From NCBI GenBank assembly GCA_904063045.1, contig CAJFCJ010000019.1, forward strand, positions 124,001 through 188,000: DNA of 64,000 bases, read 5' to 3'. Below, piece after piece: positions 12,701 through 26,876 of this stretch. The notes under the pieces are model-generated. The model saw only the letters and a program-made list of their open reading frames with translations, had not been told where the DNA came from and searched no databases. The translations under genes and the position numbers were made by a program. The number at the start of each line of letters is the position of its first letter. Position 1 is the stretch's first letter. Source of the DNA: Dimorphilus gyrociliatus. Taxonomy: Eukaryota > Animalia > Annelida.

Positions 12701-15396
12701 AACAAAGAAAAAATTTCTCAAATAGTAATGGAACTCTTATGAAGCAAGATTTAACTCGCTCTTTTCACGAAGAGAAAAAAACACATTTCTTCGGTAAGAG
12801 GATTATCACTTGTGTAGGATAACGTCTTAATTCCTTTGACACACAGATGACAAACCAACGGATGCGTATTCAATTGCAGCTCTTCAACCTTTTATTGTTC
12901 GCTGTTGTGAAGCTTTATCACTTTGGTCCTTAGTATGCCATGATAATTTTCAATCTCTTTTGCTTCATTTTGAAAAAGAAGAGGTACGTAAACTTGATAC
13001 TCAATTAATAACTTGATATTTCAAAGGTTTCCCCTTTATAGGATTTTAAGAATCACCTTCTATCTTTAACGTTCCAATCTTACTGCTTGAGTCAACAGAA
13101 GAGCGTATATAACTTGATCATAAAGGCTATTACTGAAAAATATTTAACCGACAATGCAGCTATTCAAGCAATGAGTGACAAATTACGAACACTTTGTCCG
13201 TCATTGTACAGTTATGAAGATTCTTTATGCACTCAAGCTAATGAATTATTATTTAATGCCAAATACGCTCGAAATGAAATTGAAAAAAACGAATTAACAG
13301 TGCAAGCCTTAGACTTGTTACGAAACGTTGGTAAAACAGTCGATATAGAGTCTGTCAGTGCTCAGCTAGCATCACTAAACCAGTATGAGGCAATGGTTGA
13401 GCTAATACTATTTCTGGTTGAGAAACAAGATCCTCACAATCTTGCCCTCCATTTTTATAATTCCGAAATGCCGATAGGGGACGTTAACGGTCAGAACGCT
13501 TATTCAATGAGGTACATTATTATACATTAAACATAAAGTAATCATTAAAAATATTTCCTTGTTGCGCCTTAATCAGATTATCGTGTTACAAATGCATAAT
13601 GGACACATTGAACCAATTGTGTAGCAGCACGCAAACTAACAAGCAACAACCTCCTTCACCAAACTTCAACGGATCCACTGTTCAGAATGAAGATCCGAAA
13701 TCCGAGGAAATGCTAACAATTTCAGTTAATACAAAAATCACTTTAATGATTTACATTAAATCGACTATTTCTATATTTTCCCATAGGTTGAGAAATTGTA
13801 CAGAACGATATTAAAGTGCAACGATGAATTAATGCATTATACTCTGTATTCTTGGATTATAGACAATAGCATGATGGAAAAACTACTGGATGTAAGGGAT
13901 TTTTGCGATATAATATTTTTTTTACTAATATTTGCTAATCAATAGATTGATTCTCCTTTCCTCGAAAATTTTCTTAAATCTAAAACTATAAAGGAGCCGG
14001 AAAACGTTACTGTTGTTGAGGCTTTAGCCAAATATTACGAAAAACAACAAAACTATTCAATGGCTGCTCGTGTTTTGAGCATTTTAGCTGAGAAAGAAAA
14101 GTATGTTCTAGCTGTTTATACTATTATTTTAATATTTTGTGAAAATATTGACCATATTTTTTTCAGTAAAAATTTAAAGCTAAAAGACAGAGTGTCGTAT
14201 CTTTCCAATGCAAAATTAGCAGCAAAATGCTGTAGAACAATTAAGAGTGACCAATCTCTTGGTCAATTTATTAACGAACTGGAGGATAAACTCGAAGTAG
14301 CAACTCTTCAGTTGCAAAGTCTGTATTATACTTTTTATTAAATATCCTTCATAATTAATTATCTTTCACTTAACAGTTGTTGATTTATTGTATAAAATGA
14401 AAAATTCTAAAAATTATCATCCGAAGATCGATCAAATCTTGGAAATAGCGGATACGCAGCTGCTTGATTTGACGACGGTAATTTCCTCAAAGCACATTAT
14501 TTTAATACCTACTCTATAATAATAATGTTATCATTATATAGCTTTATTCGGATATTGCCGAAAATCTAAATCTAACAGAGTGTAAATTAGCTATCTTTCA
14601 TTGTGCCGGTCATAATAATCAAGCTGAAATAAATAACCTCTGGCAAGAAATGTTTATAAAGGGTAAGAATAAATATATCACATGCAACTTGACTTACTTT
14701 CTCATTCTTAAATATAGAACTAGGAACGCTAAGTAATGAGCCAAGAGAGACGAAAATGGCTGCCTTAAGATATAAGCTACAAGAGCAATGCAGGGTGTAT
14801 GTAAACAGCGATATATTTTTGAATTTAGGTATAATACAACTACCGCTTTATTGGAAATTTTGAACCCAATGTAAATCGAACAATTTTTCACTTTTTGTAG
14901 ACTTTATAATACCAATCTTAGAGGAGTTGTCTGCTGAAAATAACTTTGACGATTGTTACGTCTGTGAAAGCTTGGTTATTCATGTACCAATTTCTCTTTT
15001 GAAAGTATTCGATGTTTACAGTCGCCTTTACGATTCTAAGGTAAATTTTTTATGCTGCTTTTTTCTATAATTTTTTAAAGTAAATGTTGTAACAATAGGA
15101 TTCAAGAATAAAACCAATGAAACTAAGGCTGTCTGTGGCAATTTTATGGATGATTGACTATTTCTTATCATATCCGAACTGCTTGTTGCATCATGAGAGG
15201 TGATTAATCGTTTAAATTAGAATTTGCTATTAATATTTTAGTCATTTCTTTCAGACAAAACTTTGTTATGTGCTGCATTGATACTGCATCTCGCTGTCAA
15301 ATTGAACTTCAAGTTAAAAGGAGTAATCCTGAAGTAGCAACTCTACTGTCGAAGTTTGTGTGTGCTCAGGCTAACTTGGACAAACTTACACAATAA
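9768..15396 (+). CDS. NUP155: Nuclear pore protein Nup155, multi-exon with many 50-70 nt introns
   Basis: [120 protein letters not shown]; ends SKFVCAQANLDKLTQ* at 15396. Confidence 0.95.
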
Positions 15397-16151
15397 TTGA
15401 CCTCATTAATTGACTTATAGTTTTTATTACATCCTATAAAAAGAAAGAAGCAAAAAATAAAAAGATTTCCGATATCATATTGACTATTTTTTAACACTGC
15501 GTATTTTTTTAACTGTGGGAAAGGCATTAAAGTTTTGTAAAGTGGGAAAAAAGACGTATAATTAGGTCATTGTACCATTTCATAAAAACATTTTATCTAG
15601 CTTAGAGCTTAATTTATGTCATTAAACAAAATATTCTTTTTTAATTCTATGCTATACTAGAAAATAAATGACATCGTTCTGTTTCGATTTTCATATAAAA
15701 TTTCAATTTCCTCTACTATATAAATAACTTTAACACAAAAACAAATTTGATAGCAGTATTTAATTTGTCATATTCTTTTTTTATCGCACGTTTCTATCAA
15801 TAAAAGCGTCTATCACTAAATATCCTTTCATTTTATATTATTATTTTACTAATTTTATTATGGCAATTAATGACCATTTTAGATACTTTGGTAATTTTCT
15901 TCCATACTGTTTTTTTATAAAGAAAGGAAGAACACTATAAAAGTCAATTTGAAAATTATATTTCATATATAAATAACTATAAAAGGAAAATTCATAGTTG
16001 AACGACAAAATAGCAGATTTTATTTCCTTCATTCTTTGGAGATTTGGCTACGAGGAAAGAAAGAAAAAACAAAAAGTAAAGCAATGCTTTACATAATCTG
16101 GACGGAAGAACTGTGTTAAACCATTAAATTACGAGAAAAGCTCTTATATCA

Positions 16152-18859
16152 TTAACCGTAGTCTGTCTTCAAAAATAGTTTCTGTTTTATACCTTTCTTC
16201 AGCTTAAGAGCCTAAATAATAAAAAAGATAATATAATCAAATTGAGAATTGCATAATAAAAGAAATTAGAATATCTTACCTCTAATTTTTTAATAATCAA
16301 AGCGTAGTCTTTACGATTTTGGCGATTTTCAACATCTTGATAATAATCGGATATTCCTATATGAATATTTATCTTCTTCAATCGAGGACAATTTTCTATT
16401 AATAAAAACAAAGAAATTAATGATTTTTCTCTAAATCTTTCGGCATTGATATCATCTATTTATAATATAAGTATAGTTATTCATTTAGACAATATCTTTA
16501 AAGGAGAAAAAACAAAGAAATAAAAGAATTTTAACCATGTAAATAAAGAATAGCTTTCGGCGTAATAGGTGTAAACGCAAAATCAATATTTTCTAATTCC
16601 TTAAGGCCAGCATCAACCATAGCTTTTACTGTGTCAGCAGTTATTTCGTTCATATGATCTAATTCTAGCATCGATAAATGCTTTAGATGTCGAGCTAATG
16701 TTTAATAATAGTAATAATAATAAAAGAATTAATATGACATAAATAGCAATTGTTTAGGGAGTTCTTTTTTATCTATTTTGTTTTTATTACCAACCTAAAA
16801 ATTCTAATCCTTTCACATCTACTTCAATACCTCCAATACAAAGAAATCTTAAGTTAGCAAAAGACTTGGCAATCATTTGAACGCACTTATTGTCAACTTT
16901 ATGAGGTTTCTCACTGTAATTGTGTGATTTTTATTATTAGTTATATTCAATAAAATAGCCATTAAAATTAAAATGTACTTCGGAAACATCGGAGGTACAA
17001 CAAGATTTTCCAAGTTCCTACAACCAGCTCCTAAAGCGTATATGGGTTCAGGACCTATCGGATCGCTATCACTAATATAGGTAAACCGACGTAAGTGTCT
17101 AGCGTAACAACTGGCCAACCATAGGCAACTAAAAAGGTTCTTTTGTTTTTAAAAACGAATTTAATTATTATCTTCTCTTCTTACCGTTCTGTAAATAAAT
17201 TACAGCAATTTATGATGCTTAGCGATACAAGATTAGTTTGTGCAGATTTCAGAATTTGTTCCAAACCAACTTCTAGATAACCTCTAGTTGCTTTCTTATA
17301 TTCCTTCTCCGATTGACTACTACGTTTTCTCCTTCCTCTTAAACCTATATTTTTGTTTATTTGTTTTTTTTTTAAAGAAAAAAGATTTTGTTTATTCACT
17401 AATAACTTTCAAAATTACGTATTTTTAATAGAAGTTATTAATAGCCATTTGACATTGACTAGCTTGTATTAAAAATTTGCATAACTACTAATCAAAGCTT
17501 ACCTTCAAACGTTATACTCTGTAATTCGTTACACCATTGTGCCATTCTTATTAGAAACTGTTATAATTGTTTAAAAGCAATTAAAATAATCAAGCTTTTT
17601 GTTAGTAAAAGATAAAAAAGAGACATAAAACAACAAACAACTAATGGCGGGAAAACAAAAAAAAACAGTGAAAAAAGTGAAAGTCATCTAAGTTTGCTTT
17701 TAAAATAAAATAAAAAAAAAAACAAACAAACAACTAATTAAAATAAATGAACAAACCTGAACTGATACGATGGTATTACTTATTGTGACGTTACGCCAAA
17801 GGGACGGATTCTTTGATAATCTATTCCATAATTTGCATACTCTTGCAACAGTACATAATGTTCTTGGATCAAGATAGAGAAAAACTTGAAACCAAATTTG
17901 AGAGATATCTAATAAAGTTAATAGAATAAAAAAGAATTTCCACGAATAATTAATTTCAATATATAAATGTCGTCATTTACCCTGCATTTCCTCTATCTGA
18001 TTGACATTTGGGGCTTTTATCCTACTTATTTCGTTAGAGGGAATGACAGTCGGCCTCGAACGACTATCCCCGCTTCCTGCCTCAAAATGCCTTCCTATTG
18101 AAACATTGTCTTTCTCCGGAACGAGATTTTTCCGGTCAGCAGCTTGGTTCTGATCCATTATTTTTCTAGTTTCGCCATCACTTCTCACCTATTATTAACA
18201 TGTAATTTTACATCTCGTTTATGATTTTGGTATTTATTCTCTAGTCTAGAATACCTGATGGATGACGGCTTGTGAAACTGGTTCTGGTGGTAAAGTTCTT
18301 CTAGATCCTTCTTTTCCTTTATTATCTTTTCTCTTATTTGGATCAGATATTCCTTCTGGAGGTCTATTTAGTATTTGTATTTGAGGTTCGATGGGATATA
18401 AACTATACTGTTGGGTTTCATCAGCAGTTCTTCCCTTTTCTTCATTTCCATTGTTATTAGAATGTTCGATCTAAAAACCTCTAACAAGTCAGTCTAACTG
18501 AAAAAGCAATGATCTGAAAAATTAATACCTCGACCGAAACGGGCCTAGCATATGTAAATGGACCGTTTGGGGCCTCTATTCCCTGAATGCTAGGTGTAGC
18601 GTATTCAAAAATACCGTCGTCAGAGTTCAACAATTGATCCATTTGTCTATTCCAAACTTTCTGATGATTGGTTGCTCTCCTCTGAATATTCTGATCTTTC
18701 CAATTATCTGGATCGTCAACTGCACTTTCATAATTAGTCGTTGGTTTTGTAATAGAAGTATCGTATGGACGGGATAGATTATAGTTTCTGGACGGTTGTT
18801 GATACTGTTGATGAAACTGAGGTTGTTGTTGTTGTTGGTGTAATTGCGGCACATGTTGT

Positions 18860-18903
<44 letters not shown>

Positions 18904-20144
18904 ATAGTGAAGAGGTGGCATAAATAACTGTTGCTGCTGTTGTTGTTGTTCTTGATGGTGTTGTTGCGGTTGTTGCGGTTGTTGCGATTGTTGCGATTGA
19001 TAAGGATAGTAATGAGAAGCTGTGTGATATAAACATATAAATAAGAGTTTTAGAGAGTATAAAAAGAATTAATGAAACATACGATGAGTTTCGTTGGACA
19101 TTAAGTGTGATCCCCTGAGATTGACTTGAGAAGGATTTGTGACTGGACTGTAATGCTTTTTTTCTATCCCGTAAGCAGTATGTTTTTGCGTTATATAATC
19201 AGCGGTATAATTGATAGGAGCCGCCCTGGAAAATTATAGAATATCGCTCTTTTTAAATAAAGGCTATTTACATTTAAGATATATAAACTAACTGTGAATT
19301 TACATAAGCTGGTAAATCATAGGTCTTCCGTGAATTTACAGTAGATTTATGTTGATTAAGGGAAGGTCTGTAAGCTTGACCTGATAATCTATCGTTTAAG
19401 TCTGGAATACTATTTGGTTCTATTGTCGTTGGTTTAACAGATGTGATACTAGGATTCTTTTTCGGTTGATGTAAGTATTTTTCTTCAGTAAATGGCCTAT
19501 GAGGGTTAAGATTATTATAATTCATTTCATTCGGTTCGCTTGTTGCCTGCAGCAAGCTTGCTGATTTAAAGTCGTTAGAGGGTGTTAAACTTTCGCTAAA
19601 AGGTTTCGTTGAATTTTCTGTTCTGCTATTAATTTTAATTAATAAATATTAGTCGATTAATAAAAACATAAATTTCGAATAAAACTTGAATATCGTACTT
19701 ATCGTAAGATCGATTTTTTAGAAGAGCGTCAGTTTCGTCCCATTTTTTCCTATATTCTTTCATTATATCAGCCGAAGTTAGGTTCGAACCAGGTTTAAAT
19801 ATATAACTCCTCTTCAAACCCAATTTACCTACGTTAAAGGTTGATGGAGAACCAATTTTACTATTGCATAGTCTATCGATAGATGAAGATGCCGTATTAT
19901 TTTCATTCTAGATTATTTTGATTTTTTGTTTCACAAGTAATGTTTAATTAATCATTAATAGACATATATAAATACTATAATATACCGTTTCTTGTGACCT
20001 TCTTAATAGATTTGAGTTAGATTTCACATAGTAGGGCATAGAATGCTGCGTTTCAATGTGCTTTTGGAGCAGTTGAATAGTTGCAAACTTTTGAGCACCA
20101 CCACACTTTTGACACGGATATGCTAAGTCTGGCAAACTATTCAT
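16152..20144 (-). CDS. FBXO41: F-box only protein 41 ortholog (N-terminal C2H2 finger, low-complexity middle, F-box plus LRR-like C-terminus)
   Basis: N-terminal YPCQKCGGAQKFATIQLLQKHIETQH; F-box FQVFLYLDPRTLCTVARVCKLW; KEYKKATRGYLEVGLEQILK; LASCYARHLRRFTY..DPIGPEPIYALGAGC; NCPRLKKINIHIGISDYY; ends KLFLKTDYG*. These match the FBXO41 sequence pattern as I recall it. Confidence 0.88.
18856..18903 (-). repeat. Coding CAA/CAG repeat (Q16) inside a Q-rich segment of FBXO41
   Basis: 48 nt of mixed CAA/CAG codons, flanked by further QQxQQ tracts (about 18820-18995). Confidence 0.9.
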
Positions 20145-22121
20145 AGTATCATACCATTCGATTTACGTATCAACTTAGGCTGTGAATAGAATAAAAGAAT
20201 TAATTGAATTGTTTGCTTTTTTAAAATTCAAATAAAAGGATTTACACGAAATGATGACATATTATTTACAAAGTTCATTTTATCTTCTACCAATTAACCC
20301 GAAAAGTGATCTTAGACAGTTAGAACGACAAATATCATCTCTCTTATTCAGTGGATATAAAGAAGAATCAACATTAAATTAAATCCAATAAAAAGGAAAT
20401 TTGTCAAATCGATTACGTGCAAAAAATAGCTGTTGAAAAATAAACTGGTACAATTTCAATAAATAATAAACATCTCCCGCGTCAATAATTCGATAAGAAC
20501 CATGAGAATAATCTTATAAAAAAGCCATTTGAGTTACGAAAAATTATTATATAATAAACTTAAAAGCATTAAAGCATTTAATAAAATTAAATACAGCTAT
20601 CTTTTCAATTATTTTAATGAATTATTGTTAAATTAGTTCAATTGGATAAAGTTATCTTTTGTAATTTTATTTTATTTAAATAAAACGTGTATGACGCATA
20701 TAGAATTGTTTGATTGCCTAAGGAAGTCAGTAAACAAAATATTTACATTAGCTTAGCAAAAAATATACTTCAATAAAATGACAGAAAAAATTTAACAGAT
20801 ACAATCTCTCCACTCACTCTCTCTCTCTCTTTCTCTCTATCTTCTCTTTCATTCCCCATATATATTTAAAAGAGTATACACTATCTCTTCGTCCATTTTA
20901 AGATTATTATGTATTAAATATTAATATTTATATAATAAAGAGAAATTTGAAGATTATATTTAAACTTTTAATTATCTAAAGAGTAAATATAAGACAAAAG
21001 AAAAATGACATAATAAATTATTAATATATTCAATTCTTTGTACTGTTTATTCATCTACTTCTGTTACAGAAATATATGAAGATAAAGCAGTAGTGATTTA
21101 AATAGTATTATATAAAGAAAAAAACACTTATATTTCTATTAGAAGCGTCCCAAATATAGATATTAATTTTTTTCAAAGGGCTTTTTACTAAAGAACAGAA
21201 TATCTAATTGAATAGTTTAATGTGTATTTTCTTTTCTTTTTTTTCGCTGGTTAATACCTAGCTATTATAAAGTAGACGAAGAAAAAGGAGAAGAGGAAAT
21301 AATTATAAAATACCTATATTTAAGCTGTTGAAAAACTTCCTTTATAGGATTATATGACAATAAAAACTTGCTTTTTTTTTCACTACTGAAATATGTGAAA
21401 AATGTTGAAAAAAGTTATTTTTTTAACTCTTTCTTGTTGCTTTATGATAGATTCATTATAAAGTTGTTTTTATGGCATATAAGACATCCGTCACATAAAA
21501 GATTGCTGCGAATTGATGTGGCCTAACTTTAAAGAATACGTTTATTTGTATTATATAAGTCTTACACTTGTTAATAAAGGAAGTACCAAAGGAAAAAATC
21601 TCACATTCTTTGTACGATAGTTACCTATTGTATGATTTAAATCTATTAAGTAAACGTTTGCGAATTTTCACTCTATTATCAAATATGTAATAGTTTAAAT
21701 GGATTTAAAAAGTTAACTTAGCAAACTAATATAATTACAGATTGTGCTATATAGTCTTTAGGATACGCCTTGATATAGACTATTTCTTCATTATTATAAA
21801 TAATAACTCTATTTAGATTGCGAAATGAAATTTTAATAAGATAAAAATATTTCTTATTGTTAAAAAGTAGAATATTTAATGTCTTAACAATGTATAATAA
21901 AATTCATTGTTACTCTTTAAATAATATATAAATGGCTTTCTTTTCAAGAGTAAATTATCAATTTTCTGTTATAGACACTATTTGAATATATGCTTTCGTT
22001 TCCGCCAAATTTCTTATCTCTCATATTCCAAATTACACAGGTGCGTTGTGCAAAGTCCACAAACTAAGAAAAAATTCTATTCCAATCACTCAGATGATAT
22101 CCAGTCAAGGTATTGTGGGTA

Positions 22122-22132
22122 AAAATGGCGGC
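22122..22132. promoter_or_regulatory. YY1-type motif AAAATGGCGGC; candidate promoter/non-coding first exon of FBXO41 and/or ASPP
   Basis: Exact AAAATGGCGGC in an otherwise AT-rich stretch between the divergent FBXO41 and ASPP genes. The FBXO41 ATG exon has a 5'UTR acceptor near 20180 and an in-frame upstream stop, so a non-coding first exon is required upstream. Confidence 0.45.
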
Positions 22133-24327
22133 TGCAATTCAAAACACGCGATAATTTTATTAATTTCGTGAAGCTTTATCAATCGACAATTTTAAATTTG
22201 GCATTTGGCCAATTAAGAATGTATGTATAAGTAAATATTTCCTTAATTGATAGGAATTTTTAAAAGCAGAAAAATTTTCTTTCAATTTGTTCCGCTCGAA
22301 TATCGGGCGATATTAGGGGAGTTTCAATGTATACTGAAAAACAAGCTCTTAAAAACATCAAATCTATTTGTAATAATGATTCATAATGTTTGTAAGGTGT
22401 ATAAATTCAGAGATGGTTATATCAGCTTTAGTGACTAATCAAAAATATTGTATCGTATAGAGTAAAAACATAAGGCACAGGCTAAAATCATTATACTTTT
22501 TTTTTATTCTTGTATTCCCCTTAGGTAGTTGATTGGACTTCTCTATATGTGACTGAAATTGAGTTGTTTCTAATTAACAGTGTTTTCTGCCATCAACATG
22601 AGTTACGGTTTGTATTTCCCATATTTATTTTACGTAAAGATTTTGTAATCAAGTAAAAATTGAACGGATAAAAGCGGTTGTGACATTTGCAACTTCCACG
22701 TAATTTATTTTAATTAAAAAGGTAAATGTGTTCGTTCAGAATGCCTGGAGCTATATTCTTTCACCTTGTATACCATTGATATATTTTCACCTCGGGATAT
22801 GGAATTCAAGGCGATTACAAAGTAGAGTTTAAAGAATTAATAGGTTACATACAATAGTCGTTCACTAGTGTTTACTGTAATGCTACTTGCAGTTTGAACA
22901 GATTTCTTTCTCTAATTCGGAATTGCCCCCATTTAATTACTTCTGTCAGTTTATTGATTTCAAATGTAAACCGATTATCAAAACCTAAAACTATGCTATT
23001 TAAATATATTTTTTATTATTTGTTTTAGATAAATGAATAACACTGAATATGTTATTTTTTGAGATAAGATTTCTTTAGGTGGATGGTTACAATGTAAAAA
23101 AAAAAAAACTGTGATTAAAGAGATAGGAGAAAAATATTTAACTGATTTATTAGTAAAAATTGACCGGCAAATTTATATAAGGAATTCTTAAGTAGCCTTT
23201 GAACTATTTAGTTATGAAAGAAAGACTTCCTTCCTTGTTAGTGGATAAGATCAAAATAGTACAAAGCTATTTTTCCATTTCCCACGCGAAAATTGTAAAA
23301 AACAAGTTTTCTGTATGTTGACTTGTCCAAAATAAGGTTCTATCGAAAGTTTATTCATATCATAACGACTTTCCAGTAATAGGTACATAAAGTAAAAAGG
23401 TTCGATCTTTTTTGGTCCATTCAATGTCAATATATTTTGATTAAGACCCAAATAGAATTTCTAAGCGATATGTGTTCAAGAAAAGTTTATTAGTTAAAGA
23501 AAAAAGGCCAATTTAAGCGCTAAATAATTATAAAGTGGTGTTCATTTAAGCATGTTCACTCTTTTCATTCTGTTCAACTGGAATATTGAGAATATTCAGC
23601 GAAACGATAAAAGATAAAAGTTATTGCCCATTTGCTCTAACAAAGAAGTTTTTCAATTACAATTTAAAGAAGAGGAAATTTCAAAGTTTGGAAAAATCAC
23701 ACCAAAGTAAAAAAGGAATATTTTTAGACTTTTTGAGTGCTTGGTCACGAACATAAAAAGTAAAAATTTTCCAATGAAATAATAACTTAGAGGATAGCAG
23801 CAGCCGTCTAATTTACCAATGAGGTGTATTGATTTGTTGAATCTTTCTTTCCTGAATTTGTAAGGAATCAATACTTATCAAGGGCTGCCTGGTAACTATT
23901 AGGAATTCTCTTTTCCCGAGTATTGAATGGTAGGCTATACGCTTCTAGTTGCGTGAAAGAATAGGGGCACGTGTTCGATGAAAAGCGGCGGGTGCGCTTT
24001 AGAACGACATGTACCTGAGTCGGACACCTGTCGACGCTTTCAGAACGTTGCATGGACGCTGTGAGACAACAGTGAAATCGGGCCGTTTTACTCAATCGTA
24101 CTAAGCTTACCGAATAATTGTCGGTCTTGTTTGATGGATTAACAACTGCTTTCAAGGTGACGGTGTCTGGCAGCATTGTTTAAATTTCGTTTAACTCGTG
24201 CCAACCAAACTGACAAATTAACGCGTTGGGTGTATTTGCGTTGAGGTACGAAAGGTGGACACAACACAAAGATCAACGTATTATTTCCATCATTCTTGAA
24301 CTGTTCGTCTTTCGTGACAATTGTCAG

Positions 24328-24561
24328 ATGGAGAATAGGATAAAGAGAGGTGATTTCGTAATAGCCGTTACTGGCTCTAAAGTATGCAAATGTCGCAATC
24401 GGCCTCCACTGAAGGATATTTCAAATAATTCCACAATCAATTTTGGAGAAAATGTTATTTCTTCAACACCTATTAAGGATATATATGATGACTTACCTTT
24501 TTCAAAATCTATTAAAACAGATAGGAGAAGGTGGAAAGCGGAAGAATACGAAAATGTCGTG
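24328..24561 (+). CDS. Candidate alternative first coding exon of ASPP (78 aa, D-box RPPLKDISN)
   Basis: ATG at 24328, open frame to the phase-0 donor GTG|gtatgt at 24562, compatible with the phase-0 acceptor at 26877. The link to ASPP is inferred. Confidence 0.5.
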
Positions 24562-26876
24562 GTATGTACAAACTTTTTATCTACATAGTTTGTTTCTGTT
24601 AAGTGTCGTTTCGTGTGCAATTAAATACGTGTCAAACTTACGGTACGTTTTAACGGAAAAGTTTCTGTTATCTTTTAAAGTTTCTAATTTAGTTTCCATT
24701 TAACGCATGGTAAATTTCTCCTACGTGAGGTGATTTTAATTGCATTATACGTTGCAACATACTTACTCCTTAACTGTATAAAAGAATATGCTGGGAATGA
24801 AAATTCAATCATTTGTTATAATCTTTTGGTGTAGAAAATTTATTTTTTAATTATAATCTTACTGCGAAACCTTACGACCTTTACATCGTATGTGTTTAGG
24901 TTCCTTATGTCAGTATATACGTAAGGCAAGCGTTTCCCGGGCTCCTCACAGCTTGATCATCAACTTGAAATGCTTGACAGTTTACACGTTCCATTTGTTA
25001 TTAAAACACCGTTTATGGTAAGAGCATTGTGTCAACGTACGTTCAATCGATTTCCGGTGAATAATCGTACGTCTCCCTAAAGATTTTAAATTCGCTGTGT
25101 ATGTAAATGCTGGGGCAATTTTGGGAGTTTTAGTAGGTCAATTAACTTATTGGTAAGATAGTGTCACCCAAAAGGAGCCCCTCAGGTGCGTTGATTGTAA
25201 ACAGCTGCCGCCGCCACCGCCATTCTTTTACCTACGAGCGAATAGAGTGTATGTTTATGCTGTAATCTCGATTTCTGGATTATTTTCATCGGTTAATCCT
25301 ACTTCCGCTGAATAATCATTAATCAATATTCATCCAATTGTCAAAAAATGAGTATAATTGTAATCAACCGCTGAAAGATAATTGGTAAATAGACAAAGCG
25401 TTCAAATCACTGATGAACAGGATTGGAAACGGATGAGAAATACCGGGGATTTTCGTAATTGGGTGAGCAAATAGAATAATAAAAACTCATGATTAATTTA
25501 ATCTTAAAGTATTATTGTCATTTTAAATCAGTGTTTTATTATAAATTAACTGTAGATCAGGTCATACTGTAGTAATTGATCTGTATGTTGCTTATTCTGT
25601 TTCCGTTGGATAGTTCTGACTGAGATTAGTTTAATTATGCTCTTTTTTTAAATATAATTTGTTTGTTACGCCTCTGAATTCTATGCGTATAGCTTGCATA
25701 CTCGCAACACTTGAATAGGTACTTTTTAATTATCTGGTGAAAATACTCTTGAAAATATCAATGCTCCCAAAATGCCAGTAATATCGCCCCATGCCATTCA
25801 TACAAAAAAGGAAGTCGGCAAGGAAAAGAATAAACGAACGGTGGTATGTGACAATTTCAATGAAGGACATTGATTATTCGGACATTTTAGGTTTCGGTCT
25901 GATGCATCTCTTTAGGTTATATGCCACAATTACCTTAAATATGTTTATCATTAATCTGTTAACGGGTAACTTTAATAAGATAAACTGTTTACAACTAACT
26001 GACTTTACCAATGATTTTATCAACCTTCCAAGGATTTTCAAGTAACAATAATACCATTGATATACAGTAAAAACTATTGAGTAGGTATAGATATTTGAAA
26101 AGGAATAAATCGATAATTTGACAGATTCAATCGAAATTCTTATTCATTTTCAGTTAGTTTTGCTAATGGTAGTTCTCTTTTCTATTGGGTTTGTTACATG
26201 TTGTACTTCAGTTACAATTTTAAATATTTATATTAATTGGTTTAAATTTTTGTGGTTTAAATTATACTAGACCTTGTTAAATGACAAGAATATGATTGTC
26301 GACCGCAAATGTGAAAGCTGGTCAGGTATTTTGTTGACTGACTAAGCGGCTTACAGCCCGAATGAACTATTGATTCTGTTCATATTATGTTTATGTTTGT
26401 TCGATTGCACTTGAAAATAGGTGAACCGTCATTTTCTCTACTATAAATAATTTTGTAGTACTATGTTTCTATTTTAATTCTTATTTTTTACATCTTAATT
26501 CTATTGAAGTCTGACAGAATGTGTTTTTTTTAAAAAAAAAGGATAGTGTTTGAACTAAACTAGAAGTGTGAATCGAATATTGCGCATCTATTTTGTTTTC
26601 TCTCCATATTTGCTATATCTTTGAGGTATTGTAGACGAAGATGTCTGTCAATGCTTAGTTTCTGAAAAGGTCACGAATCGTTGATTCTATACATGCCTGA
26701 TTTAAATCACAGAACACTACGGTATATTATTTTCCGCCTGCTTATCTATCCAACACGCACCATATGTTTAGTTTTATTTTTCCTTTGGATAAAAGAAATG
26801 CCGAACTTTAAAAGTCTCGTGATCTTTCCGCTTGATATGAATTTTATAAACAATTTTTAACAATTGTCTTCCGCAG

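Noticed and set aside
14342-14350. ATATCCTT, a U12-type donor-like motif in NUP155
   Set aside because: It lies mid-intron. The conserved frame is explained by an ordinary GT-AG intron.
18779-19036. Thr/Ala-rich plus-strand ORF resembling a mucin
   Set aside because: It is the antisense shadow of the FBXO41 polyQ repeat.
19780-19792. GGTTCGAACC, a tRNA T-loop/B-box-like motif
   Set aside because: It is inside the FBXO41 CDS and no cloverleaf forms.
23868-24176. Minus-strand ORF MLPDTVTLK... with a gtaagc donor
   Set aside because: No recognisable homology, and the FBXO41 ATG exon has an in-frame upstream stop, so it cannot extend that protein. More likely UTR or antisense sequence.
25410-25432. 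CTGATGA...GAAAC, hammerhead-ribozyme-like core (also CTGATGA at about 32475 and 39653)
   Set aside because: No pairable stem II or flanking stems, and the other hits lie inside coding sequence.
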